The position numbers and the translations under genes are program-made. DNA of 57,948 nucleotides, the filler included, from Sphacelaria rigidula (Eukaryota), in NCBI GenBank assembly GCA_964200075.2. It is 8 parts of 8 records of this genome, joined end to end, with 100 filler letters (N's around TTAATTAATTAA, not from the genome) between each part and the next. Parts side by side here need not be neighbours in the genome. Positions count along the whole stretch, not along the records: positions 21,769 to 28,924 come from CAXNAA020016210.1; positions 29,025 to 36,180 come from CAXNAA020016211.1; positions 36,281 to 43,436 come from CAXNAA020016212.1; 5 more parts are not named here. One strand, 5' to 3'. A model generated the notes under the pieces. That model worked only from the letters and a program-made list of their open reading frames with translations. It was not told the origin of the DNA and ran no database searches. Shown one piece after another: positions 23,615-36,894 of the stretch (position 1 is its first letter; each line of letters opens with the position of its first letter).

Positions 23615-26600
23615 TTACCGAAATCCGATAGGGGTGGTGGTGGTGTGATTCAGCGTGTTATCCGTTGATCACCCCGAGCCAACACTGTCTTTCTAACCAG
23701 TAAATCTGTCATTTTACTTCAAAGTGTTTAAATCGATTTTCTCTTCAATATTCGCGTGTTTCAGATCGTTGTCGTGTCTGAAAACGTACGCTTTCGGGTG
23801 GGAAGGAGATAGACCACAATTTTTTGCCACTATCCGCAGCTGCTTTTCGGAGAGGAGGACATGGGTCCCGCGTAGCCTCACGATTCTTCCATGTCACACG
23901 CACTAGTTTTTTTTCCAGGTGTGGTGTTGATGCGTGTACTTGATACTTAACTCTCAACACTTGACACTCAACACAAGCGGAGTTACCTGTTGGGTCCCCG
24001 AACCGCCGGCAAGCCAGCAAACACAAATTTCGTTTCTTGCGCAGGTTCCTACCTTGAGCGAAAAGGGGGTAAAGGGCGCCTATTCACTGGAGGTGCATAG
24101 TGATCAGCCCGTAGAGGTGAGTACATAGCCGACCAGATCCTCAGTTTCGCAGACCGTCTGATGCTACTGAATTCAAGTGCGGAGGTTTGTGCAGCCTTGA
24201 TTGATGGTCTTATGCACCGCGATTGCTTCTGCCGTATTTAAATGATTATGAAGACGATAATGCTTGCCTGTTCACATGGCTAAAACATCGCCTCTAAGTT
24301 GTTCAGTTGCGAGTGCGCCAAGAACACTACGCCATAATTAACGGCGCGCCGTCAGGTGGCAGAACTTCCAGAGACGGTCTCAAGAACTATCGCGGCAGAA
24401 TGGAACTCGCAGACAGCTGGTGGCAGCCACATTCACCCGGATTGGAAAAAGAATCCATGTTTTCATCTCAAGCTGCGCACAACAGGACCCGCAAAGGCGA
24501 GCGAATAAATTACTTTTGGTTTCAGCTACATGCGCTGCCCCCCTATCTTTACATGGCTGGGCACTTGGGGCCTAGAATTCCACGTGCTGCATATTCCAGG
24601 TTTTTGCTCCCGAGGTAGAGGCAGCTGATTCGTGCTGTTGCCCATGAAGGATCGCCGGTATAGTATCGACACTCGTCTCCTCTACTCCTTGATGCTGGTA
24701 CGCAGGTGAAAATATCGTTGTCGCGACCGGAAAAGGACTGGAAGAACAAATGCATCAGGGATATTATGGGTTCCATGATAGGCTTCTACCTCATGGCAGG
24801 TGCCAAGCCTAACCGCAACTCGTCAATTTTTCATGAGGTACGAGAAGACGGGACGTACTTGTTTCTGGTGTACAATCGGCGGTCAGAATACAGACAGATA
24901 CGATTATCTCGCCTAGGACCGAAATACACCCTGTCAAATATTCTCCGCATTTTGTTTTCCCGCCATTTTCTGGCGCATGGGGCGTAGAGGAGACTGAGGC
25001 TGTGCTGCTTGGGTGTAAAAGATTAAAATAATCGAAAGTAGACGCCGCCGTGTAGTTCACTTGTTGTGTCACGTAGTTCACTTCTTGTGGGTGTAAAGAA
25101 AAATGTCTGTGGAATATGGCCATGTCAGCGATTCAGCGCTTCCGGCGCCGATTTTTGTCGGGAAAAAAGACTTGGTAGATGGTGTAACCTCGGAAAGACT
25201 TGCTGCACTCTTCGAGAGAATTCTAGCGTAATTTTCCGATCGGTCGCACGTCCACTTTGAGTTGTCGTTGAACTGGTATTTTATGAAGTTACAACCACAG
25301 AAATCGTTCGGGTTCTACCTAAACGCTAAGAGGAAGTCACGGAAATGTGACACTTTCTGGCTCGTATCAGAAAGCGTTCGTCCGGCCAGGGGTCGAACTT
25401 GGTGTGCAACCGCCCGGAAAAGAGAGCTAGAGTCATCTCTCGGAACGACCTTTTTCGGGCCAACATCAGCGCCGAATCGTCGAAAAAAACATATTTCAGA
25501 AAATTTATCTCATGCCTACCAGAATCGGGTGAACGGCGGACAACAAATATCCCATTCGTTTGAGATGGTAGTACTGCGTTACGGAGCGCAGAAAATGACG
25601 ACATCACGCAACGGACTGGGGACACAGAGCGACGACAACATTTATGCCTGCAAGAGCCTATAGCCATTCGGCCACGACGTTATTCTGAGCCCATATGCGG
25701 CAACAGCGGGATAATCTCGTACATGGTTTCATGCACCAATAATCCCACGGTAAAAATTCCCCCAAACCGCACGTAACGAGTTTATGTAAGGGCCACTTTA
25801 AGCAGCTATTTTGGGGTACAAATCACGCATAATCGTATGTCAAATGCAGGGATGACATGTAGCAGATAGACTTTGAGGCGTGAGTCACTCGGGTGAAGGG
25901 TCTCGGTAGCTTGATCGTATCGAGACATATCCAGGGAGTAAAACAGATAGGTCGGGGGTCAGCGACAACCTGGTTTCAATTCGATGTCCTACGCTAGTAG
26001 GTTGTGGCAGTGTCAACAATCTGGAATAGTCTGCAGTGTCAAAGTGGGAGCCGGCGCAGCCGGGTGATGAAGCTTTCCAACTTACAATGTTTTCCGGTAC
26101 ATGACCCCCTTTGAGTAGAGTCTATCTTCCATCCTTTCAAAAGATTGCCACATGCCGTTTTGCTTCTCTGCCATTATGCTCCGCAATCATGGTGGAGGGT
26201 CGTCCGTATGATGGATCGCCGATGGTCCCTACGCACGAGGTATCAACTCCTCCAGGGTTTATGTTGGAAAACACAACAGAAGAAGATGTGTTCACCATAA
26301 TGCCGGCAACCTTCGAGCCAGGAAAAACGGGACCGTTCTTCATATCAATCTCCACGGACGTGGAGTTCTCTTTCCGAAGGTTTGTTCGCGAATTTCTCAC
26401 AAAGTGAACGATGGCAAACATTGCCATCAAGCTGTCGACTGATTGACTCTAGATAATAGTGCTTACATGGAAAACAATTATTCCTAAACTCAGAATGAAC
26501 CCACAGCACCCACAACGAGAGCAGTGGGCACACCACATAGAGTGCGCACTTGCGAACGCAGTATGTATATCGAATTTTGCCCTAGTAAATGTACAGCGTG

Positions 26601-26912
26601 TATGCTCTGTCCATCCCCCAGGTTATCAGTCATTTTCTCGAGTAATGAGGAACAATTAGACTAGTGATACACCCAGACCATGCCCGCCGCGCCCTCTTGA
26701 AAGAAAACAGCGAGTGTTCCGATTCTGATGTGCTGGTGTGTTATCAAAGGGATCGAGGCGAAGCGAGCAGCAAAACTGGAAACAAGAGCAAGCGTTCAAG
26801 TGTAAACGCAAACAGGCCATCGGCAGGAGGAGGTGGGGGCGGAACTTCAGTATTGCCACTCACAGCACATGCTGTGGCGAGTGCAGAAGACCCAGTTGCC
26901 GGAGAAGCGTGA
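21893..26912 (+). CDS. Calpain-family protein with tandem C2L (domain III) modules, 3' nine exons
   Basis: Phase-consistent exons: 21893-21991, 22097-22195, 22474-22614, 22813-22903, 24045-24116, 24356-24496, 24706-24837, 26198-26379, 26750-26912 (stop). Motifs GLFVVPTLSEKGVKGAYSLEVHS, AEWNSQTAGGSHIHPDWKKNPCFHL, VKISLSR, MIGFYL and FTIMPATFEPGKTGPFFISI are typical of calpain domain III. The first acceptor and the 26198 acceptor are less certain. Confidence 0.88.
23562..23613. repeat. (AAT)n microsatellite
   Basis: Directly visible. Another is at 36143-36180. Confidence 0.95.
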
Positions 26913-27319
26913 AGAAAATTGCACGACTCGACAGCAGCTGCTGTAGTATGCGCACACATATTAAAACAGAACTGTTGGACTCGAGCGGCTGTAGGACAGT
27001 ACAGTATCCCCCATATGAAGCCGGAGCCTTGGTTACCCCCAGTCAGCCCTTTTGGAACCAGTTACCCAACATGCAGTCCAGAAATGGTTGACTTATGTTA
27101 TCCCTTTTGGTCAGGATAGGCTGCAATCGTAATATCGGGGTATTGGGTCCTTGAAGCGAGCAATACTCCTACATATATGTATTTTTTGGGGGCTCTTTGC
27201 TGTAGGAGCCTCTCAATCTTAGTGTGCAGCCTCAGAAAAGAAATGTACCGAGGAGTGCACCCCTACTGTGGCATTGCTCAATCTCTCTATCTAGACATTG
27301 TGAACTTGTAAGGTATTTC

Positions 27320-28850
27320 ACGTGACCGTGGCGCGCTTCCTCGCAGTGCACCGTTTAGAGCGGAACAAGACGATTGTCACGAGAGATCTTGAGGGGTTTA
27401 GCAGACGACTGGTTCACATGGGGCGTTGCATCGCCGTGCTTTCCTTCTTTCTTCGAAGGTCGCCCCTACCATGGTGTACAGTCCTGTCTGAACCTTCTCT
27501 CTGAACCTCAGCCCCGATCCCCAACTATAGAGCGTTCGGTATGGAGCCACGGAGCCGTTCTGGCTCGGCTGAGTTACGCTGGCCACTGGTTCCCGAACAG
27601 TTCCTGTTGGTACCCCGTGGTGAACCGTACTGGCTCCGGTTCCTGGATCGTTCCTGCCGGTGCCTTGTACTGAACTAGTTGATTTCATGCGGGAGAATCT
27701 ACGTACGAGATTTGTGTCCAATATATAACCTGCACGATCCCCCATGATCGTATAGTGACCTCGAAGCCGTGTGGTGAACCTGGACGTGACCGTATAGTGA
27801 CCTCGAAGCCGTGTGATGAACCTGAACCCTCCGGACTCGTCCCGACTTCCATCGCCTTTTCCGTCTCGAGGTCCTTCGTTGAGAATGGTGACTTGGACGT
27901 TTGTTGGCCTTGCGCGAGGCCGTCTTTGCATGGCATGCATCCCCCACCCTCTGGTGGTCATCTCCGCTTGAGAAGGCGCGATTTTACGGTCCGACCTGTG
28001 CCGCTCCTTTCTTGTTCACAATGCCTCCGGCTTTGGGCCTTCGGAGCACTTGCTCGCGCTTGGAGTTGCCTGAGTTACAAAGCTCCGCCGGTGGCACCTG
28101 TGGTCCCAACGGTTCACCGGCCTCTCGGCTTTGAAGCTCATTGTTCTTCCCTTGGATTTACTCTTTCGTGGCCACTTTCCGTCTGCCAGCATTGGGTCCT
28201 ACCAGCGCTTCTTTCGCGGTCGATGGATTCTTCAGCTCAGAGGCGATGTTGTGGTCGGGCCGATATTCGCCGTGACAGCGATTCCACCCCCGAGTATGCA
28301 GAGTGCGCCTTCGTCCTGAATTTGTAGCAGGGCGACAGGAAAATTTTCGTCATCGGAACTGCCCTGTAAAAACTCCTAGAGCGTTGTCACATGTTGTCGG
28401 CCTGACGCCGTTGCGTCCGTCGGCTGGACCTTCGCAGTCTACTGTCCGGAGAAGGGCGCTTCGATGATGTCGTGTCTTGTGGTGGGTGTCTACCCGCGCC
28501 ATTATCCCTGTCTTCACTCAGCGATTCCGTTCTTTGTGGTGTCCTTGGTGGTGAACACCGCCACATTATGCTGTAATTGATCGCCATGTGTTGAAATGTG
28601 ATCGGCCGTATGAGTTCCCCAGCGCCGCTTTCACTGATGCCATTTGATGATCACCCCCTCACGGGCCTTTCGTCGATGCAGGCTCCCGTGACCTCAGTGG
28701 CAGCATCGCACGTCTTGAGTCCAACGGCGCGTTCATCTCGACTAGCCTCATCCACGAAAACCCGGGAGTATTTCATGTCCGTGACATCGGCGTGGACAAG
28801 CCCTTTAACCCTTTTGGGGCCGGACCCCCACTGTCACAGGGTTGACCCTG
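27320..28850 (-). mobile_element. Degenerate Ty1/Copia LTR-retrotransposon pol fragment (integrase, probably start of RT)
   Basis: The minus frame ~28830-28530 reads LVHADVTDMKYSRVFVDEASR...GLKT.DAA...SESGAGEL...FQHMAINYSIMWRCSPPRTPQ, a Copia integrase core pattern (LVH.D / FVDD.SR / DG.GE / P.TPQ). It has many stops and a 42-bp tandem duplication at ~27750-27825. Confidence 0.7.
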
Positions 28851-29024
28851 TGTTAGTGGAATAATAAAAAAAAAGGTCTTCGAGCGACCTACCCAATCAC
28901 AGAGAGGCGAAATTCATCGACCAGNNNNNNNNNNNNNNNNNNNNNNNNNNNNNNNNNNNNNNNNNNNNTTAATTAATTAANNNNNNNNNNNNNNNNNNNN
29001 NNNNNNNNNNNNNNNNNNNNNNNN

Positions 29025-29100
29025 TACTCATTTGTTGCTTGCCTTAGTCATTTGACCATTGACCACGCATCCCTTTCGAGACGGAGCGGGGGGGGGGGTG
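29025..29100 (-). mobile_element. Terminal fragment of a dispersed retroposon-like family with a C-rich tail
   Basis: tactcatttgttgcttgccttagtcatttgaccattgaccacgcatccctttcgagacggagc. Relatives are at ~4258-4333, 16035-16170, 47860-47990, 49420-49500 and 50634-50692, plus an inverted variant at ~8945-8973. Confidence 0.7.
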
Positions 29101-30119
29101 AATTTCGTTTGGTACTGTTGGGGTGTTTGTTTCTTGCCCTCGTACGGGCCTTTGGTGACAGTCCATGTCCACCTTGTGTGGCTCCCATACAGCCTCCACG
29201 GCGTCACTTGCTTTTCCTTTTGTTTTTGCACGGAATTTGTATCTGAAGCCATGCCGCAGGGATCGGTTAGGTTTTTGGTCCTTCTGTACTCTTTTTTTTT
29301 TGTCTTCATCAGGGTTCGTGTTCCTTTTCTCCATCCCTTGTCGTTCCTACATGATTCTTTGATTTCCTTCATTTTTTTTGTGTTTGTCTCTCGTTCTCGT
29401 TCAGCTTACTTCATTTGTTCTATCGTATTCGCTTCGCCTTGTCCTGTTTCTCGAGATTCCTTCAGTGTCTGTTTCTGTTTCTGGTTGACTTGAATAAGTC
29501 TGTTTTGTGACCCCGTATGGATTCCACGGGGATCAGCTTATGCGCGACAGTCACTCAGCCGACCAGTCAAGACGGGATGAGCGTGAAACTTAGCCCGGTC
29601 TACCATCGCAGTCGCACGACCCACACACTGGTCTTCATGCTGGTCTTTTTCTTTTTTGTTTCAAGTCAGTCGGACTTTCTTGGCGTGCGGCCACGTTAGC
29701 CTCGCAGTGCGCCAATAACGCTCTGCATGGGAAGGGATCAGGTTGAGTAGGGCTGAATCAATCCATTATGTTACGCATTGGTGGGAACTCCACGTACATA
29801 CAAATAAGCTTCGCGAATGAGGGTCGAAATTCTCGATTCCGTCAGATAGTCTCACATGTTCGGTGCGTGTGAGGGTTTGACCGGCGTTCAAGCACTCACG
29901 AATATGCACAGATGGAGAGGTTGTATATGTAATCACTGTACAGGTGGGGCGTCTCTCGACCGACGTTCAAAGAGCGAGGCACTTAATGAATCACTTTATT
30001 TTTAAGAGACTACAACAAAAAATAGGCCGCAACGCTCTCAACCCCGGGACGCTTGACGCCAATTTGCAACCCTGCCCAACCACCCCCGTCTTGTATCCGT
30101 CTTCCTCCAACGCCGTTAG

Positions 30120-32932
30120 CAATAAACGACATCGATACCGTGGAGGCTACTGATCGTTACGACAGGGTTCTCACACTGCGGCTCGTGGGCCGAGATTTGA
30201 CCCGCGGCGCGTTCCCGTCGCACTCGCCCCAGTTACCATTAGACGTAGCCAAGCCAGGTGCGTTGCCTCCACCGTTACTCCACTATACAGTGCGCCTATG
30301 AGCTTTCATTCGAGTTCAACGAGCGGCAGCCAAGCTCGAAATTGTGTGATAAAAGTGCCGAGAAAAACATCACGCTGTACCACCGTATTTCGAGGAATGA
30401 CTGACGCTTTTGCAAAAATCGTGAGGTGAAGTTCGTCGCATGTATATCAGTGTGCTGAAGACATTGGCAGCCCACGAACGTCTGCAAGCATCTCTGACTT
30501 GCTCAACGGTTAAACGTGGATAACGGTATGTTTTTCTCCCCCGTAGTGCTTGCGGTTTTGTTTGACATGGGTACGTCTGTCATGTGACCGCTGCGGGATT
30601 CCTTTCAGACCCCTTTATGCAAGACAACCGATCGATCAACTGACCAATCAGTCCCCTCCAGGAAAACTCTCGTTCACACTCACAGCCTACACTGCCACCC
30701 GATAGCGTTTTGATGTCAAACGCGACAACAGGAATGGTGAGATGTGATCCTTCCGATGATGAGCAGGTTCATGGTGTTGGGCGCATGTAGTCCCCCCTCT
30801 GTCTTCGAATGTCGTGCTGCAAACACTTTTGATTTGGTTTGCTCTGCTGTGCGTACGGGGGGAAAAGGGCCGACGATGCATGACCCGCGGGCACCAATTT
30901 CACACCCGCAACTCCACGCGATGCAAGCGCCAGCCCATGACCCAGGAATATCCGCTTCCGAGGAAATCTTTCGTCAACTAGGAGGTGGGATCTTAGCGAG
31001 ACCGTTCGAATGAAACAACGTTTTCGTGAGATTGAGACTAGCGCGCTGATTGAGAGTGGTTTTGATCACTTGCTTTAACGCAGCCAATTTTTCATTCCAT
31101 GTGTGCTTTTCTTTGCCTCCATTACTTGCGTGAGTTCACAGTTACACGTCGATATCCCACTCAGGGATGTTAAGGGCCTCAGTGGCAAGCTACTACAGAA
31201 ACCATATTGGGCCTCCTGGAGAGGCATATCGGAACTGAAACGATTCACTCACTAATTGACCGCTTTTCGCTCTCAATCGCATCCTCTACTCACAATCTCA
31301 CGAAAACACTGTTATGAGCCGTTCATCCGTGGGCGGGTAGATAGGATTCATAGCATTCCGAACATTGCCGGAATTGGTTAAAAAATCTGTGTTGAACTCA
31401 TGGTTGCCCCGATGGCTCAATTAGTAACTTCGACACCTTCTTACGGTTGAGTTGTGGGTTCGAATCTCGGTGCACTCACACGACCTGGGATTTGTCTCAC
31501 ACCATGCACAAAAATGGAGAGCGACGATGTCGTGGGTACACAAAATCTCGATTTCAGGATTGGCGAGGGAAAGTGATTGCTGAAACTCTCTCGCGATCAA
31601 AAAGAAGGCAACCACCGCAGAAGAAAAGTGGAGTACCAGAACAGAAGAAATAAAAAAAACTTCTGTGTTGGCCTTCCTCCTGTGTGACTCCGGCTGATGC
31701 GCCCACATATACCGAAATGTGACGACATCACACATACTCGACATGATAATGGGTTCTAATACGTTTCCCGTGTAGCTGTAGCACAGCATACCTTAGAAGT
31801 TTCATCAGGCTGAACGTTTGCGGACGAAAACGTCGGGGGATGATAAGGTATCACCACGGGCTACCCAGTTCCCGGGAAGGGAAATTTGAATATATGCCCT
31901 AGTCGATTGAACCCCTCAACCTGCATAATGTCATCCTTCTAAGTATCTGTGACCTTAGTATCATTTCGGGAAAAATGTAGTTTAGATAACGCTCTAAACA
32001 ACGGATCCTCAAGATCTAGAAAGTAACACCGTCAAAGTACCATACTTTGGCAAGACGAGTACGACAGAAACCACGAGTACATCATCACTGCCCCCCCCCG
32101 CCCACCCCTATGCCCGCGCACCCACCTCCACCTCCCCACACGTCTTCATTATCTCGTGCTTACCCCAACGGTATGTTTCTTTTCCATTGAGAGCCTGTCT
32201 ACTTTATCTACGGCAGTGCACAGCTTTTCGGTACACTGGTATCTGCATCGCCAACCTTCTACAACACCCCCCTGAGCATGCAATATATATACTTCGTTTA
32301 TATCGAAACTATTTCCCACAGGACCATCGATAGTCATGCAGGCTACCAACCACTGCGACGGATGTGGACTACCATATCTCCCTTAACACTTTTCCCCTAT
32401 CCAGAAGTTCCTTCGTTTACCGTAGCAAGCCTGCATGTTAGAGCCTCACCGCTCATGTGACATAACGTTCTTCTCGTGTTCTTGTTCCCCTCAATGTAAA
32501 CGATAACCCCACCTAGCATCGAGTCTCGCAAAGTACGAATTGACCTCAAACCTCCCGCAGGAGACCCCCTCCGCCAGATACTAGCAATAATTCCAGAGAC
32601 TAGGGTAAGTCAAACAGCGACCATCATACATGGTCTCGACATAGCAATAAACAACAATCACAGCGCTCACCAGAAATTAAACCCGTATCCATGTGCAAAT
32701 ATTCCTTCACTTCTAGTCTTCGATTTAGGCTGTTTTGGAGGTTTCATACGAAACAATATGATCACAACTACGTCCAAAGTGTCTTCTTGTTTTCTGGTCG
32801 TCAGGAGCTTCGGTGCCGAACGGGTTATCACAGGCGATGGAAGCAGGGACCAATGACGAGGGTGAGAAGGACCCTCGAACGCTACGGTATCTTGGTCAGC
32901 TAGTTGACCGGAAAGGGGTCTACGCGGTGGAG
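30120..32932 (+). CDS. Two internal exons of an unidentified protein-coding gene
   Basis: Exon 30120-30257 (ttag|..INDIDTVEATDRYDRVLTLRLVGRDL...DVAKP-G|gtgcgt) and exon 32805-32932 (tcag|GA-ASVPNGLSQ...TLRYLGQLVDRKGVYAVE|gtacgt). Both have pyrimidine-rich acceptors and a compatible phase-1 junction. No family recognised. Confidence 0.55.
31014..31313. mobile_element. MITE family A, second copy
   Basis: TIRs aacaacgttttcgtgagattg / caatctcacgaaaacactgtt. The interior is the diverged reverse complement of 662-948. Confidence 0.8.
31406..31735 (+). mobile_element. tRNA-derived SINE family 1
   Basis: gccccgaTGGCTCAATTAG (A box)...GGTTCGAATCTC (B box). The body is homologous to the reverse complement of 21316-21600. 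Confidence 0.85.
32145..32485 (-). mobile_element. Probable LINE 3'-end fragment
   Basis: It shares gacataacgtt(t)cttc with the 3' end of the LINE at ~4359-4374. Confidence 0.45.
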
Positions 32933-34468
32933 GTACGTCGAGGGATGTCTCTCACAGGGTTGTGCACAATTCACACGACTCGATGAAATATTCCGATTGG
33001 AGGAAGTTATTGAAAACGATCACAACCTAGACGATATGATATGTTTCCAACATCCATTGGGCAAAAACATTGGAATACGTAGGGGTATTGCCGCCTCAAA
33101 GATATATCTCGCATATCATAAGCAGGACATGATACCCGAGCGATATATAGTGGTGTGGCAGGTACGCAAATGTACTTCCCGATCATCAAATACTGGGTCA
33201 CGCGGGCAACAGAACATTTCCTGACCAATACGTAGTGGACTGCGTGGACAACAACATATTGCCTGCCGAATATATATCGGACCGCGTGGCCAAAACATAT
33301 TGCCCAACCAGTACACATACTGGACCGCGTGGGTGCGACTTCCAAAACAGTATGGGGGACAGCGTGATCGTATCACCCTTTGAGGAAACAGTAGTCTCGA
33401 AAATAAACGATGTTCCCATTACCCCAGGAGGGGGCAGGGGGTTATTTCTCCTCCTACTGCAATCTTTGGTCTAGAACCCGCGTGCGAAAATCATTCGTTT
33501 ATTGGGCCGGGGGGTCTTGTGTTTGGATAAGTGGGCCGTGGGACTTAGGGCGTGTCCAAAGAGAACAAAATTCAGCGAGGACGAGCGGTGCAACGCCAGA
33601 AACCCTACGTCACAGGTCCACGTCATACGTTTTCCATAGGTTCTTCACTTACACCCGGCAAGGTCGAAGAATTAAATATTCAGCGTTGCGACGAGAATTA
33701 CAGGTGCAAGGCAGTAGCGCAGCAGTCACTAGGAGCCCACCCCTTAGGATATGCCGCGCGATGTTGGAGACGCGTGTCCGACATTTCAACGCATGACTTG
33801 GCACGGATTGACACGTGCGCTGGACTCCTGACACCTTCTGAGGTGGCCAGAATCACGCGGGATTTCGAATTTTGCATAATCAAAAAAAGTTCGAAACGAT
33901 ACAAGTGCACTCTCCGGTCGTGATAATGTGACCGGAGTTTGGAAAATCCCGTTCAAGCAGGGAATTAAAAAAAATAGACCAGTGGTTTCAACGGGAACGA
34001 ACGGAAGTCGAAATCGTTTTGGAATGAAGACGGGGTTTTTCGAAGGGAGGATGGGTTCTTTTGAGGATGAACAAGGCCATAGATCATGGTTGGAGGGTGT
34101 ATTTGCTTTTACATTCATTGATGATATCTACATGCTTATGAAGGTTCCCAAGGTTCATTCTAAAAACAACATCCTCAATTTGTAAAACCCCGTGTTTGAT
34201 ACACCGCAGTACGATGTACTCCGTTCCTGTTGCATTTTTGCCGCTGTGAGCGAGCAGCAACCATCTGCGTGATGGCAGTTTGTTCCTCTCTTCTTGCCTT
34301 ATAGACAACCCGCTCGAGTTGATACCTTGCTCTTGGAACAGAAAATTATTGTCAAGCACAATTGATCCGTTGCTTTAAAACTACAGAGGTCGGGCTATTT
34401 CGTGCTGTATCACGCAGCGTTTGTGACGACCATTGTGTGGAGAACCATGACGGATGATATTGCCGCTG

Positions 34469-34896
34469 AACAGACAATGCTATTGAATGAGGTTGTACAC
34501 TAAAATGAGGTTCAAACCCAAGACAGTGCTTCAGTCTCCACACTTTCAGCGATGATGCCCAATTACGTTTTTGTCGGCCTAATGCCCCTCGATTGCGTGG
34601 ATACTTCTTCAGCGCATTTGACGGACTCTGTGAGCTTACAGCGTTGATCAAAACCGCCACTTCCCCCCTTTTTTTAGGAGGGGGGGGGGGGGGTTGATAT
34701 CAGGAAAAATGACGGTTTTGATCAACGCTGTAAGCTCACAGAGCCCGTAAGATGCGCTGAAGAAATATCTACGCGATCGAGGGTCATTAGGCCCACAAAA
34801 ACGTCATTGGGCACCATCGCTGCAAGTATGGAGAAAGCACTGTTTTGGGCTTGAACCTCATCTTTGTGTACAACCTCATTTCATAGAACAGTCTGT
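34469..34896. mobile_element. Foldback element (~190-bp inverted arms, ~45-bp spacer)
   Basis: 34469-34662 is the reverse complement of ~34706-34896 (for example tgtgagcttacagcgttgatcaaaaccg / cggttttgatcaacgctgtaagctcaca). A single diverged arm lies at ~37330-37490. Confidence 0.85.
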
Positions 34897-36138
34897 TATC
34901 GGTCGGTAGCATCCGTTGCAACCTGTCGTTCAGCCCTCGGAACGTTCTCTAGTCCCAAGCCGCGCGAAACAAAGAAAATATATTCATCTTTACTTCCGCC
35001 GTCTTTTGCTGTCGCTGGTGACATTGTATTTTGTGAGACACGCCTTTAGGATGCATGCTTTGAGTAGGGAGCAGAGCGCTGCCTGCACCCTGGAAGATCT
35101 ATATGTTCAGATACAGGATCAATATCCTATATAAAAAAAGTGAATATTTGTGAAATATTTGCCCCCGAAATACTGATTGCGTGTGCTCTTGCAGGGTATT
35201 TTGTAGCGGCAATGTACTGAAGTAAATGACATCGTCGTGGATTCACGACATACAACATATATATATAGAGGACAAGGTCGTCACGAAACAACATTTTGCA
35301 ATGTATGTGGTCCATGCTGCCCCTTGGTATATCAGCAGATCAACATATATCGAGTCCTATAGACGGAGAATATATTGTTACCAAACGTATTCTATTTCAG
35401 GTATATGTTGGGTACGCTCGTCGCTTAGATATTATTAATGGCCGAAATACATCGAATACGGCGTGAGCATGGCTATTGAATATTTTAAGCGCCTGCCAAA
35501 ATATTTCAAATGGCGCCAGCGAATCCGAAAGCGCACACCATGCTAGCTCCCACACAATTCCTGACATAGATACTGAACCCGCGACGACATATATATATAT
35601 ATATATATACATCCCGACAGCACATATTGCGACGATCGCCCCTCGTGTACTGGATGCCCTACACATGTTGCTTGCATTGAAGACAATATATAGCGCCGCG
35701 ATATATATTGCAACTTCCGGTGTTGAGAATAATTGGATGTCTATAAATATAGCGTCAGTTGGCACACAACTTACGACTCGACATTGTATATCAGCGACTT
35801 CCCGAAGGTATGTGTTATCCTAACAACAAATATGGTCGCGTCGACGAATATATTTACGCGCCACTACATCTTACATATCGCAATATGCAACGTATTTATG
35901 GTACGATATATACCTACCCTCCTCTTCTGCCAATTTTTGTTCGGTAAGAGCATTTTGCACGCCCGACCAGTCAAAATGTGGTGTAGCGAGTATGTATTTC
36001 ATATTGTATCGTCTCGGGTGTCGCAAATGGTGGTGTTTGCTGACATCGGGACAGTTGGACGATGCGTGTTGCCCGTCCGCATCAATAGCGGCCGGTTAAC
36101 CAAAACGAACTCATACTCTAGAACTACGTGCAATTGAT

Positions 36139-36180
<42 letters not shown>

Positions 36181-36894
36181 NNNNNNNNNNNNNNNNNNNN
36201 NNNNNNNNNNNNNNNNNNNNNNNNTTAATTAATTAANNNNNNNNNNNNNNNNNNNNNNNNNNNNNNNNNNNNNNNNNNNNAAATGGGACTTCAACCTCAT
36301 TTTATGTTTCAACCCCAAAAATTAGGATCGGCTGTTTTTTGTCCGTTCTCTACCGGCTTCCGGAGGTCCCAGCATGAAGACCCCCGGAAGGCGGTACATA
36401 ATGCCCTAAAAGAAAAATAACGAAATGGTGCGTGCCGGGAGAGTCCAAGGAGAAAATGTACAATGTTCGGTGGAGAAAATCGAAAACCTCATACAGGTTT
36501 TTTTGCCTTGACGTCAAATTCACCCCAGAAGACGTTTCCATACTATAACCAAGTAGTTAGGGATTTCGCGTTCCAAGCCCACGTCCTCCACAAACTCGCA
36601 AACTTTCACGCTGTCATTAGGAGTTAGATCCTGAAACTTCGCATAAATATGCTATATATCATTACGCAACTCTCTACGGACGATCGTTTTTGTACCTCTA
36701 GAGTATTTCACTGTTTTTTGGAGGTCCGATGGGATTGAACTTGTTTTTCGAAGTAGTCTCCATTCTGGAACCCAGAAAAACGGCACTACAATATATATAT
36801 TTCATTTTTTCGCAAACTACCTGCCTCCGCATAACCCGAGGATGGGCTCCACAATTTTTCGTTGCAAAACTCAATCAACTGATGCTTGAATTTC

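Noticed and set aside
31406-31480. Functional tRNA genes (also 21600-21668 and 48980-49055)
   Set aside because: A and B boxes are present, but there is no closing acceptor stem and each continues into a SINE body.
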